This document shows, one piece after another, positions 29,944 through 36,753 of a stretch of 64,000 nt of DNA. Below the pieces are notes generated by a model that had not been told where the DNA came from, did not search any database, and saw nothing but the letters and a program-made list of their open reading frames with translations. Source of the DNA: Candidatus Omnitrophota bacterium (lineage in GTDB: Bacteria; Omnitrophota; Gorgyraeia; Gygaellales; Profunditerraquicolaceae); NCBI GenBank assembly GCA_043814315.1, contig JBDRKE010000024.1, positions 4,680 through 68,679 of the forward strand. The letters are read 5' to 3'. The translations under genes were made by a program, and so were the position numbers. Position 1 is the first letter of the stretch. Every line of letters begins with the position of its first letter.

Positions 29944-30090
29944 TTAATGAGCGCTTGACTTACGAACATGCGAGTAAGTCAATGCGCGAATTAAGTTCGG
30001 ACATAAATTTATGTTCACTTGCCGCAGAAGCGGCACACCGGCTGTTCCGATACAGCCGGGTGCTCGTTCCGTAAGTTTAGTCCTCACTTA
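29944..30090. repeat. composite palindromic element, copy D (H1 29944-29994; H3 29992-30090 with nested insert 30019-30066)
   Basis: It spans exactly from the ribH TAA (30088-30090) to the nusB ATG (29941-29943). H1 is bounded by ttaatgagcgc...gcgcgaattaa. Confidence 0.85.
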
Positions 30091-30555
30091 TTTCAACTGG
30101 CTGAAGAGATTAGCCATTTCAATCGCAGATAAAGCCGCATCTCTTCCTTTGTTGCCGTCTTTTGTCCCTGCGCGCTCAATAGCCTGCTCAATCGTATCAG
30201 CTGTAATGACGCCAAAGATGACCGGACAACCTGATTCCTGGGAGACCTTGGCAACGCCTTTTGCGACCTCTGAAGCGATGTAATCAAAATGCGGGGTTGC
30301 GCCTCGTATGACCGTCCCTAAACAGATAAGAGCATCATATGATTTTGCACGGGCTAATCTCGAAGCAACGCTGGGGATTTCAAAGGCCCCCGGCACCCAG
30401 GTGACCGCGATGTCCGCATCCAGAGCGCCGTGCCTAACCAGCGTGTCGATGCAGCCAGAGATCAGCTCTTTGGTGACAAAATCATTGAAACGCGAAGCTA
30501 CAATGCCAAATTTCTTACCTTTGGCAATCAAAGTCCCTTCAATTATTTTTGCCAT
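30088..30555 (-). CDS. ribH: 6,7-dimethyl-8-ribityllumazine synthase
   Basis: 155 aa with FGIVASRFN and VPGAFEIP motifs, preceded by the SD gaggagg. Confidence 0.95.
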   Translation of the reverse strand: MAKIIEGTLIAKGKKFGIVASRFNDFVTKELISGCIDTLVRHGALDADIAVTWVPGAFEIPSVASRLARAKSYDALICLGTVIRGATPHFDYIASEVAKGVAKVSQESGCPVIFGVITADTIEQAIERAGTKDGNKGRDAALSAIEMANLFSQLK

Positions 30556-30626
30556 TTTGACCTCCTCGCATAATCTTCACGTATAACAGTGGATTATACG
30601 TGATTACAGTGATTTTAAGATAGATT

Positions 30627-30651
30627 AAAGCGATTAAGCATTAATCGCTTT
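30627..30651. other. perfect 11-bp hairpin in the 248-nt ribBA-ribH spacer
   Basis: aaagcgattaa-gca-ttaatcgcttt. There is no U-tract after it on the sense strand. Confidence 0.4.
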
Positions 30652-30803
30652 GCTTGACAACCCTTATCATGGTTCCGGCTTGATATTGTTTTCTGCATCA
30701 TAGCCTCATTTGGCCTCTTTTATGGCGCAAAACTCCTTTCTTTATCACTGGAATCTCCCCTTTAATTTCTGAAATCATAGGCAAGCATTAGTGTATGCCT
30801 TTG

Positions 30804-32015
30804 TTAATCAATATTCAAATCGTGTCCCAGCTTTTCCTTCTTTGTCTTAAGATATTGGTAATTTAAAGGATTAGGTTGGATCTGTAAAGGCAGGCGTTCA
30901 ATAACGCGAAGGCCATACCCTTCCAGCCCGACGATCTTACGGGGATTGTTCGTCAGGAGCCTGATAAACTTTATCCCAAGGTCTACGAGAATCTGTGCGC
31001 CTATACCGTAATCCCTAAGGTCTGCGCTGTGCCCTAGGGCCTCATTAGCCTCAACCGTATCAAGGCCCTTATCTTGTAACCTATAGGCTTTGATTTTATC
31101 CACGAGGCCGATACCCCGGCCTTCCTGGTTCATATAAAGAATAACTCCTTTTTTTTCTTTTCCGATCATCCTCATGGCTTCGTTAAGCTGCCTGCCGCAA
31201 TCGCAACGCAAAGACCCAAACACATCTCCCGTCAGGCATTCGGAGTGCACACGCACTAACACCCCTTTTTCATCCAAATCCCCCATCACTATGGCCACGT
31301 GAACCTTGAGATTCGTTAAATCGCGATAAAGTACGAGACTAAATTTACCGAACTCTGTCGGAAGACTCGTCTCGGCCACTCTCTCTATTAATTTTTCAGA
31401 ACGCCTGCGGTACTCGATTAAGTCAGCGATGGAACATATCTTGAGCGAATGCTGCCTGGAAAAATGGAATAATTGGCTCATACGTGCCATGCTTCCGTCA
31501 TCGTTCATAATCTCACAAATGACTCCCGCAGGATACAGGTCAACCAATTTCATCAAATCAACAGCTGCTTCTGTATGTCCTGCCCTGACCAAAACTCCCC
31601 CCTTTCGTGCCCTTAAAGGGAAGATATGTCCTGGCCGAACCAAATCTTCTCGTTGAGTCTGGGGACAAATTAAGACTTCTATGGTCCTGGCTCTGTCATA
31701 GACAGAGATACCGGTGGTTATTCCTTTGGCAGCATCCGCCGACATCATCCAGGCTGTGGCAAAAGGGTCCTCTGGCGAAGAGCTTATCTTATCTTTTAAC
31801 ATCGGCTCTAATTCAAGCTGGCGTAATCGCTGCTCTTCCATAGGAACACAGATCAGGCCTCTGCCGAATTTAGCCATGAAATTAACATGTTCCGGCTTAA
31901 CAAAAGAAGCAGCCATAACCAAATCCCCTTCATTCTCACGGTCTTCATCATCTACTACTATGACTATCTTACCTTGTTTTAAATCCTGCAATATTTCTGA
32001 AATGGAATGGAACAT
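30804..32015 (-). CDS. ribBA: bifunctional 3,4-dihydroxy-2-butanone-4-phosphate synthase / GTP cyclohydrolase II
   Basis: 403 aa with DDEDRENEGDL (DHBPS) and ECLTGDVFGSLRCDCG (GCHII). Confidence 0.95.
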   Translation of the reverse strand: MFHSISEILQDLKQGKIVIVVDDEDRENEGDLVMAASFVKPEHVNFMAKFGRGLICVPMEEQRLRQLELEPMLKDKISSSPEDPFATAWMMSADAAKGITTGISVYDRARTIEVLICPQTQREDLVRPGHIFPLRARKGGVLVRAGHTEAAVDLMKLVDLYPAGVICEIMNDDGSMARMSQLFHFSRQHSLKICSIADLIEYRRRSEKLIERVAETSLPTEFGKFSLVLYRDLTNLKVHVAIVMGDLDEKGVLVRVHSECLTGDVFGSLRCDCGRQLNEAMRMIGKEKKGVILYMNQEGRGIGLVDKIKAYRLQDKGLDTVEANEALGHSADLRDYGIGAQILVDLGIKFIRLLTNNPRKIVGLEGYGLRVIERLPLQIQPNPLNYQYLKTKKEKLGHDLNID

Positions 32016-32026
32016 GACTTCTCCCG

Positions 32027-32057
32027 AAAATAAACTGCCCGAAGATGACCTTCGGGC
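32027..32057 (-). terminator. intrinsic terminator, expression platform of the FMN riboswitch
   Basis: The sense strand reads gcccgaag-gtcat-cttcgggc followed by agtttatttt. Its 5' arm can alternatively pair with the riboswitch P1 5' strand cttcgggg. Confidence 0.7.
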
Positions 32058-32087
32058 ATAAAGCTTTAATCTTCTCTCATCTGGACT

Positions 32088-32167
32088 TTAATGAGCACTA
32101 AACTTGCGAGCCGCCTGCCTGCCTTTAGGCATGTAGGCGAGTGCGAGTAAGTTTATGTGCGAATTAA
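32088..32167. repeat. H1 module copy E, inside the riboswitch
   Basis: ttaatgagcac...gtgcgaattaa has the same ends as H1 at 29944-29994. A cctgcc-type insert lies at the tip (32110-32138). Confidence 0.75.
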
Positions 32168-32195
32168 CCATCGGCTCTGGAATCTCGCCAGATCT

Positions 32196-32246
32196 CCCCC
32201 CACCACTTTCGCTTTTAACCTGTGCTATATCGAAAGTGGTGGGGGG
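32196..32246. repeat. H2 module copy E, inside the riboswitch (P4-hairpin position)
   Basis: ccccccaccactttcg / cgaaagtggtgggggg. The loop is the reverse complement of the loop in copy A. Confidence 0.8.
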
Positions 32247-32303
32247 TCGCGGGCTAAACCGCCGGTCAGGAATTTCACCTTGCCCCGAAGATTATTGAAC
32301 ACA

Positions 32304-32331
32304 ATTATAACATGAAATCTTTACTTGTCAA
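32304..32331 (-). promoter_or_regulatory. sigma70-type promoter of the rib operon
   Basis: The minus strand reads TTGACA-16 nt-TATAAT, ending about 10 nt before the riboswitch P1. Confidence 0.7.
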
Positions 32332-32353
32332 CATAATTAGATGCATCTATAAT
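32325..32353 (+). promoter_or_regulatory. divergent promoter for the cinA-like gene (probably a leaderless transcript)
   Basis: The plus strand reads TTGTCA-17 nt-TATAAT, and the ATG at 32360 lies 6 nt after the -10. The -35 hexamers of the two divergent promoters overlap. Confidence 0.5.
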
Positions 32354-32359
32354 ATAAAT

Positions 32360-32830
32360 ATGATACAACGCATTGTCAGCCAGATACATAAACTTCTGAT
32401 AAAAAATAAAAAAACTATGGCTGTGGCAGAATCCTGCACCGGTGGCTTGCTCTCTAGTTTTCTGACCCATTCCTCTGGCAGTTCACGATACTTTCAGTTG
32501 GGGGTAGTTGCTTACAGCAATAATATGAAGAGCACTCTTCTACAAGTACCTCCTAAGATGATTGAACAAAAAGGCGCCGTCTCCGAGCTTATCGCCAGAA
32601 GGATGGCTAAATCTGTGAGAGAATTAGCTGGGACAGACTTCGCAATAGCTATCACCGGCATTGCCGGTCCCACCGGCGGCACTCCGCAAAAACCCATAGG
32701 CACCGTCTTTATCGCCGTGAGCGCTAAGAATAAAACCATTTGCGAAGAATTCCATTTTACCGGTAACCGAACTACCATAAGAAATAAATCGGCCCTAAAA
32801 GCTTTGGAATTACTAAAGAGTTTCTTCTAA
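32360..32830 (+). CDS. CinA C-terminal-domain protein / nicotinamide-nucleotide amidohydrolase PncC-like
   Basis: TMAVAESCTGGLL..GVVAYSN motif. I prefer the start at 32360 because the longer ORF-track start (32312) overlaps the rib promoter. Confidence 0.75.
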   Translation: MIQRIVSQIHKLLIKNKKTMAVAESCTGGLLSSFLTHSSGSSRYFQLGVVAYSNNMKSTLLQVPPKMIEQKGAVSELIARRMAKSVRELAGTDFAIAITGIAGPTGGTPQKPIGTVFIAVSAKNKTICEEFHFTGNRTTIRNKSALKALELLKSFF

Positions 32831-32834
32831 AATT

Positions 32835-32922
32835 CAAGATCGGGTCTTGGAATATCTTGATAGACAACAAGTTACAAGACAAGTTACAAGACCCGATCTT
32901 GCGAGAGGGATCTTGCGAGAGG
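32835..32922. repeat. K hairpin copy 2 with tandem duplications at both borders of the right arm
   Basis: Arms are caagatcgggtcttg (32835-32849) and caagacccgatcttg (32887-32901). aagttacaagac x2 lies at 32869-32892, and gatcttgcgagagg x2 at 32895-32922. Confidence 0.8.
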
Positions 32923-32923
32923 T

Positions 32924-33487
32924 ATGCGAACATTTATAGCCATCGAGCTACCGGAAGAAATCAAAGAATCTCTTGCTCAACTGCAAGGCCGGCTCAAAGA
33001 TTCCAAAGCGGATGTGAAGTGGGTCGAGCCGAAAAATATCCATCTGACTTTAAAGTTTCTTGGCGAGATCAATGACGAACAGCTAAGAGAGATAACGAAG
33101 ATCCTGGAACAGGTGGCAGAAAAAAACGTTGGCTTTCAGATGCGCATTTCGTCTATAGGCGTATTCCCAAAGATGAATTTTCCGCGCGTCATATGGGTGG
33201 GTCTCGATAAAGGCGACAGTGAAACGAAAAAGATAGCAACGGATCTGGAAGAAAGAATTATTGCTGTCGGGATACCCAGGGAGAAACAAACCTTCTCTTC
33301 CCACATCACTATAGGCAGAGTTAAATCTTCTTTTAATAGGGATGAGTTAGTTAATTGTTTAAAGGCGATTGATTCTTTAGAGGGGAAGGAATTTGTGGTT
33401 CAAAAAATTATTTTGTTTAAGAGCATCTTGACGCCTAAGGGCCCTACCTATGAAGCCCTAAAAGTTGCCAGCCTCAAAGCGGATTGA
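32924..33487 (+). CDS. thpR: RNA 2',3'-cyclic phosphodiesterase (ThpR/LigT, 2H family)
   Basis: Two HxT/S motifs (HLTLKF, HITIGR), starting MRTFIAIELP. Confidence 0.8.
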   Translation: MRTFIAIELPEEIKESLAQLQGRLKDSKADVKWVEPKNIHLTLKFLGEINDEQLREITKILEQVAEKNVGFQMRISSIGVFPKMNFPRVIWVGLDKGDSETKKIATDLEERIIAVGIPREKQTFSSHITIGRVKSSFNRDELVNCLKAIDSLEGKEFVVQKIILFKSILTPKGPTYEALKVASLKAD

Positions 33488-33924
33488 ATGATAATGTTGG
33501 TATAAAGTCCGGCGACGAGATCATCTCCCATGACCCCGAAACTCCCCTTGAATTCCTGAAACTTATTAGCCGGATAAGGCTTAAGAGTGTCCAGGATTCG
33601 GAATAAAAAGAAGGCTATAACAACCAGTTTAATATCATAGGGCAAATACAAAAGGCTTAACAGCATGCCGCTAACCTCGTCTATAACGATGCACTTGGCA
33701 TCTTTCTGGCCCAGCACGGTCTCCGTCCGGCCGGAAACGAATAAGCCGACAACGATACAAATAAAAGTCACCAGAAGAAAGACGGCAGAATTATCTTTAA
33801 TAAAGTAGTATAAAAGCACTCCGGCGCAACTCCCGAAGGTTCCGGGGATTAACGGAAGGTATCCTGTGCCAAAAAATGTGCTTAAGGATAGTAGGGTCTT
33901 CTGACGCAGATCTCGATGTTTCAT
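33448..33924 (-). CDS. pgpA: phosphatidylglycerophosphatase A
   Basis: 158 aa membrane protein with GTFGS..DEV..GD motifs. Its 3' end overlaps thpR convergently by 40 nt. Confidence 0.75.
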   Translation of the reverse strand: MKHRDLRQKTLLSLSTFFGTGYLPLIPGTFGSCAGVLLYYFIKDNSAVFLLVTFICIVVGLFVSGRTETVLGQKDAKCIVIDEVSGMLLSLLYLPYDIKLVVIAFFLFRILDTLKPYPANKFQEFKGSFGVMGDDLVAGLYTNIIIQSALRLATFRAS

Positions 33925-33933
33925 CGACGTTTG

Positions 33934-34512
33934 TTATAAGCGGGAAATAATTTTGCGGTTCTCCCAGAGATAGGATAATCCTGAATAAAGCGTAAGGCCT
34001 ACGGTCAAAAGCATTAGGATATAAATGCCCTGCCGAAAGATGTTTTCCCACGCCGGATTCCACGTAAAATAAGTCTTCATCGCTTCTTTAGCCACCACAA
34101 AACCTAATATGGAAAATATGACGAGCATCTGAGATAGAGTCTTATGCTTACCGGAGCGCGTGGCGGATAAAACCTTACCCTTATTCAAAGCGAATAACCT
34201 TAAAGACGTAATCAGTATTTCGCGCGAGACGATAATGACAAACATCCATGCCTCAATCAGCTGCATCTGCACAAACGCCGCGAAAGCGGCAAGTACCAGG
34301 ATCTTATCTGCGATAGGATCCATAAGCCTGCCAAAATCCGTAACCATATTCTTCCTGTGGGCGATCAGTCCGTCCAGAAAATCCGAAAGGGCGGCAAATA
34401 TAAAAATGGCGAGACTGGCCACCTTAGCCCAAAGGCCGTGACAAAATAGAAAGAACATAAAAATAAAGGTCAATAGAATCCGAAGTATCGTTAACTTATT
34501 AGCTAGGTTCAT
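33934..34512 (-). CDS. pgsA: CDP-diacylglycerol--glycerol-3-phosphate 3-phosphatidyltransferase
   Basis: CDP-alcohol phosphatidyltransferase motif D..DG..AR....T.FG...DP.AD. Confidence 0.85.
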   Translation of the reverse strand: MNLANKLTILRILLTFIFMFFLFCHGLWAKVASLAIFIFAALSDFLDGLIAHRKNMVTDFGRLMDPIADKILVLAAFAAFVQMQLIEAWMFVIIVSREILITSLRLFALNKGKVLSATRSGKHKTLSQMLVIFSILGFVVAKEAMKTYFTWNPAWENIFRQGIYILMLLTVGLTLYSGLSYLWENRKIISRL

Positions 34513-35771
34513 ACTTCCCCCACTAAATCATATTCTAGGGTATCGGTAATCTTGACGCTGACAAAATCACCGGGAGTGAGTTCTCTATCCGACTTCACAT
34601 AGACAAGCCCGTCCACCTCGGGTGCGTCGTATTGCGTCCTGCCTAAATAGCCGTCTTTTTCTTTTTCATCGATTAAAACCTCTAGAGTCTTCCCCAGAAA
34701 TCTAGCATTGACTTCCCGAGAGACCTTCTGCTGATAAGACATGACCGAATTCAGGCGCTCACTTTTAGTTTTCCTGGGGATCTGGCCCTTAAAATGATAG
34801 GCCAAAGTTCCTTCTTCCCGAGAATAGATAAATGCCCCCAACCGTTCAAATCGGACGTCTTGCAAAAAAGAAAGCAATTCCTTAAATTCTTTTTGCGTTT
34901 CCGAAGGGAAACCTACGATAACGGACGTACGCAGGCACACCTGCGGGATGACCTTTCTGATTTTATCAATAAGTCTTAGGATATCTTTCTTTTTTATGCC
35001 TCTGTGCATCAGCTTCAGCAGGCGGTCATTGATATGCTGGATAGGTAAATCGATGTATTTACAAATCTTCGGCTCATCCTTAACCACCTTTAACAAGTCA
35101 TCGGTGAGACGGATGGGATGCAAATAAAGAAGCCTCAGCCAGCCCACGTTATCCATCCTCCTGGTGATCTCTCTTAGAACTTCAGAGAGCTTCATAGAGC
35201 CATATAAATCCATCCCGTAACCCGTGATATCCTGGCCGATACAATTGATCTCCGATACGCGATCCTTGTTAAAACCGTCTACCTGACGAAGGAGCGTTGC
35301 CTTATCCAGGCTGTTGAACTTTCCTTTTATTTTTGGAATAATGCAAAAACTACAATTGTTGATGCATCCTTCACAAATCTTTAGATACACATAATGCCTT
35401 GGGGTTATAGGAAATCTCTCCAGGCTATGATTGAGAGAAATCCTGCCCACAAAGGCATCAATCTCCGGAAGCTCCTGTTTTAGAATATACTTGTAACGCT
35501 GAGTCAGGCAACCGTAAACGATAATCTTCTTTAGCCGGCCTTCTTTCTTTAATTCCACTAAACCCAAGATGGACTGGACAGATTCCTGCCTGGCTTCTTC
35601 TATAAAAGCGCATGTATTGATAATGGCCACATCCGCGTCCTCCATATCAACGATAGAATGGCCTTTAAGGCGTAGCCTCCCGATGATATTCTCAGAGTCT
35701 ACCAGATTCCTTGGACAACCCAGGCTTAAGATCCCGATAGATTGTTTTCGCATTTTATCTTTCTTTTTCAT
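34509..35771 (-). CDS. rimO: ribosomal protein S12 methylthiotransferase
   Basis: UPF0004 N-domain, radical SAM CEGCINNCSFC, and a C-terminal TRAM domain. Confidence 0.85.
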   Translation of the reverse strand: MKKKDKMRKQSIGILSLGCPRNLVDSENIIGRLRLKGHSIVDMEDADVAIINTCAFIEEARQESVQSILGLVELKKEGRLKKIIVYGCLTQRYKYILKQELPEIDAFVGRISLNHSLERFPITPRHYVYLKICEGCINNCSFCIIPKIKGKFNSLDKATLLRQVDGFNKDRVSEINCIGQDITGYGMDLYGSMKLSEVLREITRRMDNVGWLRLLYLHPIRLTDDLLKVVKDEPKICKYIDLPIQHINDRLLKLMHRGIKKKDILRLIDKIRKVIPQVCLRTSVIVGFPSETQKEFKELLSFLQDVRFERLGAFIYSREEGTLAYHFKGQIPRKTKSERLNSVMSYQQKVSREVNARFLGKTLEVLIDEKEKDGYLGRTQYDAPEVDGLVYVKSDRELTPGDFVSVKITDTLEYDLVGEV

Positions 35772-36751
35772 CGGTTGATATTGAGGCCTTCTTTCGTGAT
35801 CAAGATATTCTTTAACACCTGGCCCCTTCTGCCTAAATTTGAAAACAGCTGGCCGTTGACCTCAAGTTCCACAGCGGAAGCATTACCTATGGAAAGTTCG
35901 ATTTTTTCTTTAGCCTGCCAGCTTTCGAATCGCCCCTTCTCCAGGGTCCTTTGAAACACGACCTTCCCGTCCACTTTAACGTAAACCCAGCAATTCTCTC
36001 TGGTCCGAAGCCCCAGCCTGATACCGGAATTCGTTTCTTTCTTAGCCGTCGACGGAGGCTGGGGGGCCGCAGGTGCAAATGAACCTCTTGCCGCGGCAAC
36101 TACGCCGGGTTCTTTAACGGCCCTGGGCGTGCGGCGTGCTGAGGTTTGAACAGGGGCGGATTTCTTTCGCGCTAAATACGCTTTGCGCTTAGAAGATATA
36201 AACTTTCCAAAATTAAAAAAAACAAAAGCCACAAACAGCAGTCCGATAACAAGTATCGCGCCCCTTTTGATTGCCTGAGCATGAACCTTGAGCCCTCTTA
36301 TTTTCTCAACGGCAATTTTTAAGTAAGAAGCTGTCTTTTGGAATAGAATTTCGAGTCTCTCCTTAAGTTTCTGCTGAGGTTTTTCCTGAGGTTTCAGCTG
36401 AGGCTTCTCTTGGGGTTTCTGCTGAGATTTTTCCTGGAGTTTCTGTCGAGGTTTTTCCTGAGGTTTCTCCTGGAGGGAAGACTTTTTTTTCTCTTTGACT
36501 GCGACAATGGGCGGTTTCGCTTGAGGCCTTGCTTCTTTATGCTCCGAAATGTAATCCTTCGGGTCAACCCCTAAGAAATTGCAATATATCTTCAAGAAAC
36601 CTTTTAAATAGACCGGACTAAGATTAGTCAGCCCATCCCCTTCGATAGCCTTCAATATATTTATATGAATCTTGGTTTTCTTATGCACCTCTTCCAGATG
36701 AATGCCCTTTTCCAGGCGGATTTTTTTAAGCCCTTCTTGCGGCTGAGTCAT
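35768..36751 (-). CDS. RodZ-like protein (HTH + TM + DUF4115-like C-terminal domain)
   Basis: N-terminal HTH (LEEVHKKTKIHINILKAIE), a low-complexity linker, a TM, and a C-terminal beta domain (CWVYVKVDGKVVF...). Confidence 0.55.
   Translation of the reverse strand: MTQPQEGLKKIRLEKGIHLEEVHKKTKIHINILKAIEGDGLTNLSPVYLKGFLKIYCNFLGVDPKDYISEHKEARPQAKPPIVAVKEKKKSSLQEKPQEKPRQKLQEKSQQKPQEKPQLKPQEKPQQKLKERLEILFQKTASYLKIAVEKIRGLKVHAQAIKRGAILVIGLLFVAFVFFNFGKFISSKRKAYLARKKSAPVQTSARRTPRAVKEPGVVAAARGSFAPAAPQPPSTAKKETNSGIRLGLRTRENCWVYVKVDGKVVFQRTLEKGRFESWQAKEKIELSIGNASAVELEVNGQLFSNLGRRGQVLKNILITKEGLNINR
36368..36475. repeat. nine tandem 12-nt units inside the rodZ-like gene
   Basis: Units tttctgctgagg/tttttcctgagg... 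encode (P/L/S)Q(E/Q)K tetrapeptides on the minus strand. Confidence 0.85.
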
Positions 36752-36753
36752 AT

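Larger units (their letters stand above)
32069..32293 (-). promoter_or_regulatory. FMN (RFN) riboswitch aptamer, unusually long (~225 nt)
   Basis: The sense strand carries the conserved core: cttcggggcaaggtgaaattcctgaccggcggt, agcccgcga, gatctggcgagattccagagccgatggt and taaagtccagatgagagaag. It lies upstream of ribBA. Confidence 0.9.
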
